64,000 nucleotides of DNA from Nageia nagi (lineage: Eukaryota > Plantae > Pinophyta): NCBI GenBank assembly GCA_050084985.1, contig JBITNC010000001.1, positions 141,236,001 to 141,300,000 on the forward strand, read 5' to 3'. Within the stretch, counting starts at the first letter, position 1. Each line of letters begins with the position of its first letter. Of the stretch, positions 22,301-33,300 are shown one piece after another. Below the pieces are notes generated by a model, which had not been told where the DNA came from, did no database searches, and saw nothing but the letters and a program-made list of their open reading frames with translations. Position numbers and translations under genes: made by a program.

Positions 22301-25300
22301 TTTTTGATCTTTCCTTGATCCTTGTACACGATTTCTGTCTTTAGACCTTTATTCCTTTACTGGTTTGAGATATTTTTATGGAGTATGTTTGATTCTTCAC
22401 TTTGTTGGGTCTTTTCAAGTTAGTGTTAAGGTATTTTAATGTCATCTAGAGTTGTTATGAATGTGGAATGCAGTATGCCTAATTCTGCTGAGAGATGATA
22501 AACAAACTTTAGCAATAATGTAGATAGCATCTGTGGAAGGTCATATAAGAGATAACGATTGTTGGTTTATTTCCCTTCCAGATTTTGTCAGATCCATAGG
22601 CAGATTGGAATTCCGAATTCAAGATTTGAATGTGCCACTGATGAGGAGAATCATGGTTGCGGGAAAATGTCATTGTTAGTACTAGCAGCCACAGTTGCTC
22701 ATCATCATGTGGAACGCTTTGATTCTTCGCAACTGTGGGAACCTATGAAAAGTAAAACAATCTTGACTGGTGATACTTGTGGAACAAGTTCACTACCTGA
22801 AGTTTTGGTCTCTCCTCCATTAAACTTATCCTCAATAAATGTGGTACAACTGAAACAATTGCTGCAGGTTTGTGAACATGCACCAAGCAATGGACAGTCT
22901 GGAAAGGATTTGTCCCAGAGGAAAAATTCAGGCCATTGTAGTTCAGTTATTGTTCAGGATGGTTTGGATGTATTTGAGTCAAGCAATACCTCGGAAAGCA
23001 TAAGAGGTAACAACAATGGTACTGGAAAATGTTTTACTGAAAGTGGATATCAGCATGGTCCTAATTCTTCTTCTTTCAAGGATTTCATTGGTGAACATGT
23101 TAATCAGAGAACCACTGGTACAGTACCGTGTGACATAATCAAACACAAGAATGATGTTGAATGTACAAGCAGGGGTCTGTGCATGGAAGGACTCTCCTTT
23201 GAGAAAGAACTTTTTGAAAGAGATAACCCATGTCCAAATGCTACATCTTCGTCTCCATGGAACTCGTTGAGAGAAGGAACATGTCAGGTCTATAAGAAAA
23301 GTGTCAGGATTTTGTGGACCGCTCCATGTTTTGGACCCAGTGCTACGAGAAGGTATTCTTGGTTTCATGGTATGCCCCCTTTAGTGGAAGTAGGACCTAT
23401 TGATTTGATGAGAGTAGGATTGATGTGGACTCCTGCAAGATTGTTGCAATGTGATGTAAAGGATTCTTTAGCTAAGTGCCCTAATCAACTTTCAACACCC
23501 ATTGTAGATTTAGGAGAGATGGACTTGACAACCATGGGTTTGAAGTGTCCTGTTCGTGAGTCAAAAAGAAGTGTTGGAATCTTGAAGAAGCAGAGGCAAT
23601 GGTTGAATACTAAGGAATTAATCCCCAAGGGAGATGGTCGTCATGTATCCTTTTCTCGTTTTACTGGAGTAACAAGGCGACCTTACAGTGCTGAAACACA
23701 AACACTGGAGGGAAAGGGGCTTTGGTTGGGAACCTATTCCACCGAAGATGCAGCTTCTCATTTATATAATGATGCGGCTCACATTATTAGGTGTGAAGAA
23801 GCAGTGGCAAATGTTTCTCAGGGATCTGTAGCAGACTCTGTAATTCAACGTTCAAGATCCCTTAGGGAGCACGCAAATATGTTCAAGGCACCAAAGAGGA
23901 AGAGGTCAATGAATAGCAAAAAGAGAGAGAAATATCAGCTCTTAGGGAATCAGAGGGCAGCAAAGAAGTTTCAAAATCCTGCTTCTATTCTGAAAAGACC
24001 TCCTACGCCTCTTGATACTGAGTGCCCTTCGATATATGGAGATAAGGATACATCTCATCACCTTGATATGCATAATAAAAGCTCTATTTTTTTCAGATCT
24101 AGTCCAGTTTCTGAGGTTGAAGAGCAAACTTTCATCTCTGATGATCTTCATATGGGTACAGCTAGGGATGAACACTCACAAGAATTTCATAGTAAAAAGG
24201 ATGAAGAGTCAAAATTGGTAGACAGTTATAGAAGAGTGTATGATAAGAAACAAAAATTAAAGAAAACCATTCACCTGAATAATTCCAGCTTAAGTGTTTC
24301 TTTGCCGGAAAACATATTGGGTAGAGAAAAAACTGCAGATTCATATCATGGTGGAAGTTGTCAGAAACAACAATTGAGGTCCATTTCAACTGCTGTTACT
24401 GAAATTCCAGACATTGATCACTCTCCAGGGTATTCAAGTGGTACTGATAAACCAAATGATAATGACTTTGAACAAGGATATGATCACTCAAATTTGGCAG
24501 TTGGTGGTATAGACCCTCGTGAAGATTATTTAGATCAAATAGGGCAGGACAAGGCAATGACTAATAGTGACAGTAACTTTTCATCTCCAGAACAAAGTGG
24601 ATATCTTGCAAAGGTTGAGAATGAATCACACTTTTATGGTGTGAGAAAAATGTCTTCTGGCAGATTTGAGGCAAGTCTATATGATAGGAAAAGAAAGAAA
24701 AAAGTTTATGTTGGCATGTACGACAGTATGATTGAGGCAGCTCGTGCAAGAGACTGGAAGGCAATAGAACTGGGAGCTGCTTCTGTTCTTAACTTCCCAG
24801 AACTCCAAGAGCAAACTGATCTGGAAAATGAGAATAGTATGCAATCTGCATTGTATCAACATACCGTTAAAGCCGAGAAACATGCTATGCTTAACCTAGA
24901 GCAAAAAGTAAAAAGGCAGGCTGAAAATATCCAGAAGCTTCCTACAGCCAAAAGAAGTAAACTCAGTGTGCATTCTGACCTTACAAACAAAAAGGTCAGC
25001 AGCCTTCATGAGCCAAAGGTTGTGACATCTGAGGAGCAGAAGTCTACTTTACTGCAGACCGAGGAAGCAGAGGTGAAAGATGCAAATATTTGTTCCCTTG
25101 CTTTGATCTGTAATTCCTTGGAGTCTGGGAAAGATGGTCGTGATCTAGAGCATACTTTAGCAACCAAAGGAAAGAAGAAAAGGAAATCAATATCAGAATA
25201 TGCTGATATTTCTTTTAGCAAGACAAGTAGAATGAAAAATGGGCAAAAGTTGTCTCACTTCGGCAATCACTGTTCACATGTGCCACGGAGGGGTTTGGTC

Positions 25301-26745
25301 TCTGGATTTGATTCAGATCACATCATTGAGTCAGACTATGCTCGTGTATATAAAACAACATCTAAACGGAGGGCTATGCAAAGTAGGAGAGGTCTTGACC
25401 AGGTCAATGTTAATGAAAATGAAAAATTGGCTACAGAGAAGGAAATTATAGATAAGCATAATTGCAATGTTGCAGATGGAAAATTCAAATTATGTATGAA
25501 TAATTCAGAAGATGGTATTATAAGCCCTGTTAATCAAAAGGCAAATGCAAAATTCCACTCACTTTCAAATGTTGTTACTGGTAAGAATGACTGTTCATCA
25601 TATTTGAATGTGCATACATGTATTTCCGATTTGGAAGTGGAAATGGCTGAGGATGATATTTGCATAAATAACACACTGAAATCTGTGCAGCCTATTTCTG
25701 ATGTTGAACTAGAAAGGGATAAAGATCTTCATGTTCATTGTGAAAAAAAGGGAAGTTTATTTGCAATGCTTCCCAACACTAAAGTGAAGAAATTTAGGTC
25801 CCAAGAGGGTCAAATTTGAAGGATCTACACTCTACAGCAGATTATTCTATGCCAGATCAGAATTCACCAGAAGAAGCCTCTCCTATCATTCAACAAGACA
25901 CAAAAAGGTCCGTGAATTGTTCTCAACGATCTGGAAAAGCAGGAAGATCTCAAAAGTTCCATCATCCAGGGGCCCCTAAAAAATCAGGCTTCACAAAGTA
26001 CATGGATTACAGAGGTGTACATAGTAATGGAAAGAAATTTCAATCCATATATTATGATCCTGTGTCAAATAAGCACACTTACTTGGGAACATTTTCTACT
26101 GGAGAAGATGCTGCAAAGGCATATGATCAAGTTGCTTATGAACAGGTTGGGATATCCGGAAAACTGAATTTTTGTCCTACTATTTTAGAATCAAATGATA
26201 ATCAAGAGACAAACGAGGAAACTGAAATGCACCCTCAGCTGGAGCATATATCAGGTTTTCAAGAGGTTGCAACTTCTGGGAGTAGCCTTAATGATGGGTT
26301 TGTTTTGGAGAAAAATCAAGTAGATTATGAGAGAGAATCAGAGCTTGTGTTAGAAGATGAACCCTCAACAAGTGATTCTAATCATGACTATTTGCACCTG
26401 ACGAAATCCAACTTCAGGTTTACACTCGATAGAAAAGATATTCTTCAAAATGAAGAAAATGGTCCAGATGGAGATTCAATCCCGAGTCTTCTTAAGCCAG
26501 AAATAAGAGGATGCACGTCTTTAAGGGGTATGACCTTGCCACTTGAAAGGGGAAGCAAATCCAACTATTCTGACACACAGAACCCAAATCTTGTTGGCAT
26601 AAATGGTTTTGGTGGTGGGCCTGATTCTAGAGTTTGGGGTGAACCTTTGAAGGCCTGTAAAGTTTTATGCTTCTCAGAACAAACTGAGCCTTGTGTCTCA
26701 GGTTGTGAAACTTCACCTAGCTTGGTTGATACTGCAAGATCTTGA
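9555..26745 (+). CDS. Multi-exon Agenet/Tudor-like + B3 + triple AP2 domain protein (5' end outside the window)
   Basis: Exons 9555-9624, 9861-10096, 10229-10339, 10540-10707, 10929-11219, 21424-21572 and 22582-25819 all have AG acceptors and GT (one GC) donors with matching phases (1,0,0,0,0,2); total 4263 nt, divisible by 3. ORF 25816-26745 continues in the -1 frame with a third AP2 domain. Confidence 0.8.
10540..11219 (+). CDS. B3 DNA-binding domain exons (REM-like)
   Basis: HPSFARAIQKKSLRRNGKM|SFPVMFMTNYL...VTFEDSEGHFWVVDW...LVFTTGWPEFASDHNAKEGDVLLVEI, a canonical B3 pattern, split by a GC-AG intron at 10708-10928. Confidence 0.9.
11430..11635 (+). ncRNA. Candidate structured intronic RNA element (unidentified)
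   Basis: GC-enriched island in an AT-rich intron with three hairpins and a closing stem (see findings); matches no family I recognise. Confidence 0.35.
11650..11842 (-). mobile_element. tRNA-derived SINE
   Basis: 14-bp TSD ATTGTCAATATGTT (11636-11649, 11843-11856); - strand A-box-like TGGACGAACGG (11808-11818) and B box GTTCAAATCC (11758-11767); A-rich tail on the - strand. Confidence 0.8.
14610..15250 (+). pseudogene. Non-LTR (RTE-like) reverse transcriptase fragment
   Basis: Broken frames give NNYGTIMIEHIFAKLYA, DYQTNDHIFTLRAILE, DFRKA, RQGCHLSLILFGIYIDELE and LFTNDVVL. Confidence 0.8.
15260..16170 (-). mobile_element. Ty3/gypsy integrase-end remnant
   Basis: - strand KWDPKAMGP (GPY/F-like motif, ~15755-15785) in heavily decayed sequence. 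Confidence 0.4.
16177..19930 (+). mobile_element. Decayed Ty1/copia retrotransposon (gag deleted)
   Basis: LTR-like direct repeats GCTCAACATTTGTTCTCCAAAATTAGGAA at ~16178 and ~19590; 3' LTR starts TGTTAG at 19576 after a purine tract. Internal order: protease (VGIGTIPF..LHDVLF), integrase (LELIHSNICGP, PLQSGVAERK), RT (QMDV-like, LYVDDL), RNase H (TDLQVVDILTKPL). Confidence 0.9.
18912..19159. repeat. ~121-bp tandem duplication inside the copia RT/RNase H region
   Basis: CCAGAGCTTAGACATTTGAAGGGCACTTGTC... at 18912 and 19033. Confidence 0.9.
21424..21572 (+). CDS. Internal linker exon of the Agenet-B3-AP2 gene
   Basis: CTGCAG| acceptor, open in phase 0 (VTSNINNISDLGTKD...CFRHP), ends in phase 2 at AG|GTATGG, matching the phase-2 acceptor TTCCCTTCCAG| at 22581. 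Confidence 0.75.
22582..25819 (+). CDS. Large exon with AP2 domains 1 (~23657-23817) and 2 (~24626-24799)
   Basis: SRFTGVTRRP...LWLGTYSTEDAASHLYNDAA and HFYGVRKMSSGRFEASLYD...YVGMYDSMIEAARARDWKAIELGAASVLNFP; basic NLS-like clusters (PKRKR, RKRKKK, KKKRK). Confidence 0.88.
25816..26745 (+). CDS. C-terminal segment with AP2 domain 3 (-1 frame relative to the upstream exon)
   Basis: YRGVHSNGKKFQSIYYDPVSNKHTYLGTFSTGEDAAKAYDQVAYEQVGISGKLNF (~26005-26178); overlaps the upstream stop by 4 nt. Confidence 0.85.
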   Translation: MKDLHSTADYSMPDQNSPEEASPIIQQDTKRSVNCSQRSGKAGRSQKFHHPGAPKKSGFTKYMDYRGVHSNGKKFQSIYYDPVSNKHTYLGTFSTGEDAAKAYDQVAYEQVGISGKLNFCPTILESNDNQETNEETEMHPQLEHISGFQEVATSGSSLNDGFVLEKNQVDYERESELVLEDEPSTSDSNHDYLHLTKSNFRFTLDRKDILQNEENGPDGDSIPSLLKPEIRGCTSLRGMTLPLERGSKSNYSDTQNPNLVGINGFGGGPDSRVWGEPLKACKVLCFSEQTEPCVSGCETSPSLVDTARS

Positions 26746-28849
26746 GAAAAAAATAATTATTGTTTTGTCACTTGTAGCCTGAAGACTCATCATTACAAAT
26801 TTCAGAGTACCATCCATCCATGCTGCATTTTTTGCCAATTTAATAGAGGTTAAAGCATAAAGTTCCCATAATTAATTTGTTGTGGGATTGTCTTGTGGCA
26901 TTTTATGGATTAACACAGCCAATGTACAGATTCAATATGATGCTTAGGAGTATCAGAATTCGGGTTATCTATACAGCCATTGAATGCAATGTATATTGTT
27001 CTCAGGAATGATTAAGATCAGCAAACTGTACATGTTCATTTTAACAAGTCCAAACATGCAGATGTTGCTTAACTTTTTAAGATGCCTAGAAAAGTTAAAT
27101 ATATGCAATAGTGTGGGGCATGAGCGTCTATAATTCAGAAGTACAGTGCAGGTGTATGTATACTTTGTGCATCTTTGTAAGGAAGACCTTGATGCTGTCT
27201 TTAGCACTTTTCATAACTCACACTTTGCATATCTGTTTCTCTCTTGCAAATTTTTGGAAACTCTACTATCGTTGCCCACACTTGATTTTTCTTCTAAAGC
27301 AAGGAATTCAGACATTTGATGTACTTAAGTTACAATTATAGATTTACAGCTTTCTTTGGGACCAGTACTCGTTGCATTGAATTTAGATTGAAAGGAAAGA
27401 GCTTTTGCCAATCTTCTGCATGGTTATAGTCAACCTTGTGGTGCGAAAACTTGCTCTTATTTGCGTCAGTTGTTGATTGTGCATCATCAAATCACGTGCT
27501 TTTGTGATGCACTTTATGATATCTATTTTTTTCATTATAATGTCCATACCATTTTGAAAGGTGACAAAACCAAAAAGAAATTCTGAATTATCCGCGTCGC
27601 ATTTTACTTTGAAAGTTTGCTATCATCAAATGAATACGAGATTAAACGACTAGTGTGATGACTTCATTATTTGCAATGTATGGACTTCTTTTCTGGATGC
27701 TGGTGGTATTAATGGATAGGTAACCCATGTGATAAATTTGTTGCTGTTACTCTATTGCGAGAAGCATGCCCGATTAGCTCTACACTCCAGAAGGGAAACA
27801 ATCTCGTCCTTCCACCATTCACTCTTTATAGGAAATAAGCAAAGATGTAACAAACCAGAATGTGCAGGAGAAATAATTGGAGCCAGTAAGATTGATCAAT
27901 TGATATAAACTTGTGTCATGAGAGGATGTATTGCGAAGATATTAGGAATATTTGACGTATGTACCATTGTGTAAGAATATCCCCATTCTATCAAGGCTCT
28001 TGGATATGTCTGCAATTATATGTTTTCATTGTAGGGACGCTTCTGTTGTTTTTTTAGAACATAGTATTTCATCCGTAAATGGTTTCTTATCTATTAAAAA
28101 TTGCAGAGGAGTGCTTTTGTAGAACCACCTTTTCTAGGACACCGATTTTGCCAGCTTAGTTTTCTTTCAGCATCTTGAGATAGATTCAACCTAATTTTAT
28201 TATGGTTGGAAAACTAATTACATACAATGAGTTGTAGATAACTATTTATATAATCATTGTGTTAAAATTTAATTGGTTGGATGTTTTAATAACAGTGAAA
28301 TGACATTATTTTATTGGTTAATTCAATGTAATATGAATCCAGTATTGAGTTACTTCTAAACACGAGTTCAGAAAAGCCGCCTATTGATTCAACAGTCCTT
28401 GGCATGACTTTTAGAAAAAATGTTGATTTATTGACATTAATGACTATGGTACGACACTAAGACAATTATATCAAAATAAGAAATCAACAAGTGGATGTAA
28501 TTCGTAGAAGGCTTCAACTTTACTTTTTTGTACTTTGAATAGGCAAATTGAATCATCAACCTATCAATATGTAGTCAAGATAATAATGATTAAATTTTTG
28601 ATTATATGTGGAAAATTTGTGTTCATCAGATGGCATTTTTACTAATGAAAATTTTTTATTGGACAAGGTGTTGGAACCATGAGTGGGTCAATAGGATCAA
28701 CCTCAAATTGAATTACTAGATTTGATACGCTATTCAAACATGTTAAAACAATATTCTGGTATGTAACAGTAACTAAGGCTACGAACTCTAGTATAAAATT
28801 ATAAATATCTACTATATATAACTATCTTGATTGTAGGCCAAAAGTCTTT

Positions 28850-29690
28850 GGTTCCTACGATTCCTTCCGTACCGTTTTAGCTGAAAACACAACAACATGT
28901 TACCACGTAGTTATAACTGTGGAAGCCTCTATAATCATTTTACATTATTCAAAAGTTTCTTGTGAGTGCTTCGACTCTTGGCCCCATACAAACGAAGTGT
29001 TAAGCACTTTAGCCCATAAAGGACAGTCGGAAACCATGGTCACATCAACTACCTTGAAAACCTGTGAATAGATTGAAGTCAAATTAAGAAATCCAGAGGG
29101 TTTGGGATAAAATATTGTCACATTAAAGAGTTAGGTTCAAACGCCAGCAAACATGGAGCGTTTTCAGAAAGTTTGATTCGGATTTTAGATTTTATATGTG
29201 AAATCAAAGACTGCTTGCCCCTCTATATATATAAACAAATTCTAAAACATTGAATTCAGAAAAATTATTTTGAGTTTCATATTAAATTATGTAGGCTCTA
29301 TAGGTGAAATCAAAGACTGCTTACCCCTCTATATAAACAAATTCTATAAGGTAAACAAGGGCTTCATAATTATCTTCGATGCAAAAAAAACCAAAAGCGT
29401 AAAAGGGTTGGGAGGCCATTTGAAGTCTGTATTCGCCATGTAAACATGGGTTCCATCGTCTTTTTCAATGGTAGGCTCGTTGTGAAGGACTGAAATGTAG
29501 TCCAACAACTCAAAAGGTCTTGAGATCCTAAGAACCGCAATTGACAAAAATATCTTTGCGTCCTAAAGCACCGATACAACTTCTTGTTTCTTTGTTATCC
29601 AAACTACCACCCTACAACCATTATAGTTTTTTCGTCACCTTCACTACACGTCTGGTACTTGTTATGACTATTTGTAAGAAATACAGCTAG
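28850..29690 (-). pseudogene. Possible class-3 lipase / phospholipase A1 relic
   Basis: Broken - frames give ALGRKDIFV / IAVLRISRPFELLD (cf. LGRRDIxxAWRGT) and FVCMGPRV (cf. FGxPRVG). Confidence 0.3.
29198..29346. repeat. ~45-bp direct repeat pair
   Basis: GTGAAATCAAAGACTGCTT...ATAAACAAATTCTA at 29198-29244 and 29304-29346. Confidence 0.85.
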
Positions 29691-30334
29691 TAGGGTCTGT
29701 CTGTCCTTTAAAGAAATGCTAAACAGTTATATAAAATATGAATAATAGCGATATAAAATATATGAAATATGTTGATTTGTATTAACATTAGTTTAGTTAA
29801 CTTAGAGATGTATTTAAAAACGTTGAGAGATATCAATCTTGAGATGTTTAATTTTTTTTCTTGGAAGAATGATTTTCAAATAGATGCTTCAAGATTGATA
29901 CCTTTCGATATTTTTAGATATATATTTAAGATATCTAAACTAGTTTTTATAAATTGAATGATCTATAATAATAAAAAAAGATATAAAATCTATTATCAAC
30001 ATAATTCTAAAATCATATTTCTCATATTTATTTTCATACTTTTAACTTTTATAAAGAAATTATAAATTGTTTAATTTTATTCATAAAACCTTTAAATATG
30101 GAAATGATACTTTATTACTATTTACGATGTATGATTAATTATTTACAAGTAAAATTTAAAAATCTCATTATTGTAATTCGTAAATTTAGATGTTATTTTA
30201 GCTCTTCATTTGAAATTGATTTAAATGCTATTTCATACAAAACAAAAATATTTTTGTCGTAAATCTTGTGTTCTAAGAGTTTTTAAAGTATATACAAGGA
30301 AATTGTCTGCCCTCACATTGCAAAAATATAAATA

Positions 30335-33300
30335 GAAGCAGAGTTTTTGAAGTGCATGTTTTAGCGATACCAATACCGCCATCTTTGAGCTTGAGGGTCC
30401 TCTTGAGTGTATGTCACTACACTCGATCCTTGCATAACCACCATGGGAAATAATTACTACCATGATACGTATCTCAATGACACCATCTTAAAAGGTGTTG
30501 TTTCCTTTAATAATGTCTACCATTCAACTATCTCAATTGATGTTGAGCTCGTTGGAGGAAGCAATGATGCTCGAGAAATGTCCTCGCAAGTTTATTATAA
30601 AAGTTTTCCATTTTTGAAATTTGCATTCTGCTTGTGTGTAGTTTGAAAGCCATACTTTGGTGGGTTATTTTCTAGGTTAAATCCCAAATGACCCCTTATC
30701 CACACTTGGGTGCAACAAGTTTGGAGCCCTCATGGTATTAAGGTTGAGAATATTCAAAACCTCACTAAAGGGTATTTTTTGTCATTTCACTAACTCGTAT
30801 TATGCTCAAAGGGTCCTTGATAAGGGCCCATGGACTATCTAAAAACCCCTACTTATTATGCAAGCTTCCACTCGAGATTTTGTAGCATCTAACCAAGGTG
30901 ATTAAAAGTCTCAGTTTGGGTAGAGTTCCTTGGGTTGCCTATCCCTTTATAGGGTTTTTTACTAGAATTAGTCTCCTCTCTTGGTAAGTTCGTTTGTTTG
31001 GAGCCATAAAAATGGTTCTTTGTTCGTCTCACTAGAAGGGATTGTGTTAAAGTTGACCTCACCAAGGATTTGTAGGAGTATATAGATGTCAAAATTGGTG
31101 AACATACCCTACATCAAAGGATTCTTTATATCAATTTGCCAAACACTTATTACCGTTGTCAATCATCGATCCATAAGATCAAAGATTGCCCACTAATGGA
31201 GTGGAAATTCAAACAACCTCAAGGTTCCTTAGCTGTTCCTCTAGCTTCAACTAATGGAGCTAAATGAGACTAGGAGGGTTGGATAACTCTTCCTAACAAA
31301 TCAAATTGTTCGTAAAAGCAACCTGATAATGCTTCGTCTTCTCAATTGGTCGTCAATAATGCTACTCCTGCCATGTAGCTATTTTTTACCCTTGTTGTTC
31401 AACCACAACCCTCCAACCCGCCATCTTAGGTCACCTCCAATGCTCCTCTCATGCCCACATCGACCCCAACCATCATGTATGTTGCTTCCTCTTCACTTTA
31501 TGTTCCAAACTAACAGTCTTTTTCCAATTCCCTCTACTTTGGTCCTTTGTTTTCTATAGTTGTTGTTGATGCCGCCCCTCCCAAGGCTTAATTTTATCTC
31601 ATTTCTTTGAAGGCACTCTTGCCTTCAGTAGTTTTTGATCCCGCTTTGATGAGGAACTTGTGTACAAAGCATGTTGTTCTTGAAGCAGGAAAAGAGCAAA
31701 TGTTGATGCTATTCACGAGACTTTATTTAATAAACAATGTGCTAGAGAAGAGCTTCATTTCCAAACAACTCTTTTTGAAGGTGGTCATTTGCATGTCTCC
31801 AATTATTTCGGAGCCCTAGGTTCCTTGTGGGAAATTGAAGATGTCATGGATGTCACGAATTTTGACAATTCCTCATGATTTTTTTCTTGTGGAATGTTTG
31901 AGGACTGTTGAACCCAGTTGGGAAATATCAGGTCCAACATCAGTTGGGTAACACCTCTCACCTTTTTGGTAATGTTGACATCATATGTCTGCAAGAAGTT
32001 AAAATCGGTGATTTCATTTTATAGTGTACTTGTAACTTTTTATGGCTTAATGGTGCTTTTTTTACCACAAATCATTCACTTGGAAAAGGTGGTGTTTTCA
32101 GTATCTTTGCACCAAAGTGGCAAGTCCACATGGTATCTTGGGGTGTTGACCCCTCTAATTAAGCTATGTGGACTCTACTTGAGATTGGTGGTAAACCTCT
32201 TAGAGTTGTTGATGTATATGCTTCCATAAAATCACCTAAAAGGTGTTCCCTTTAGTGATGGTTGGCATTTCATCTGCTACACACTACTTGGGTCCTTTAT
32301 GGTGATTTCAATATGATTGAAAAAGCTTCTAATAAAGTCACTCCCCTATGCAATAAAGAGCTAGTGAATGCGAAGCTTGATTTTTTATGAAGAAAAAATT
32401 ACATCTTTATAACCCTAATTCTTACTTTTTTCCCTCTGACTTCCCACAAGAGTTGTGGTTTACCTAGTCTAATCTCCAGGCTGGCTCTATAAGAGTTTTG
32501 GAGTGTATGGATTAGGCCATGCTATCTGAATGCGACTTCTTTCATATCCCTTAATTCAAGCCTCACCTTCCCCATGTGTCTTCTATGTCCAATACAACCT
32601 TATCTAATGAGACTTAATAACGTTCCCTCTCCTTGTAATTTAATTTCAATGTTTCCTTCTTGTAAAGTTTTGGAATGAGAGCTCATATCTGTAGAATTTG
32701 AAATCATCTTCCCCAACCTTTTGATTCACAAGGTTGGATTATTTGGTGGAATTATGCCATTTTTTGAACCATTAAACTTTTAATAAGCCTAGGAATGGAG
32801 GTGGCCAAATGTAGATGAAGTCTAATCTTGCTCTTAACAATGAGTTAACCAAAACCAATATCAGGCTCGAGTCCTTCCCTTTTAATCCCACCCTATAACC
32901 TCATGTAGTAGCTTTTAGACATAAAATTTAGAAATTTGAAATTTATGGAGCCAAAGGAGCCCAACTTAGAGTTCGAATGCATTGGCTACAAGTTGGGACT
33001 AAAGTATCCAAGGATTTATTTAAAAGACTTTGACCTCTTGCTCAACAATATCAGTCTCAAACCTTTCAAATAGAGGAGGGAAGGCTCACCTCTCTTTCAG
33101 AGATTTCAAAAGTTTTTGTTAGGTATTATCAATTTTGTTTTTTACTTCTTATCCTCTTAATGATGATCGCCAAAGAGCATTAAGGGAATGCTATTATGTT
33201 GGTCCTACCAAACATACCCTTAAGCAGACATAACTCTGTGACAAACCTTTGACTCTAGAGGATCTATCTCAAGCCCTTTCTCAGATGGCTAATGATAAAG

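Noticed and set aside
22559-25819. Stand-alone single-exon AP2 gene starting at TTG 22559, or a RAV gene
   Set aside because: The start is a non-ATG codon inside a polypyrimidine tract/acceptor whose phase matches the upstream exon; the domain order (B3 before AP2) is the reverse of RAV.
25805-25822. Programmed -1 ribosomal frameshift at A AAT TTG
   Set aside because: The heptamer is phased in the downstream frame rather than the zero frame, so it does not fit X XXY YYZ; no obvious stimulatory structure follows.
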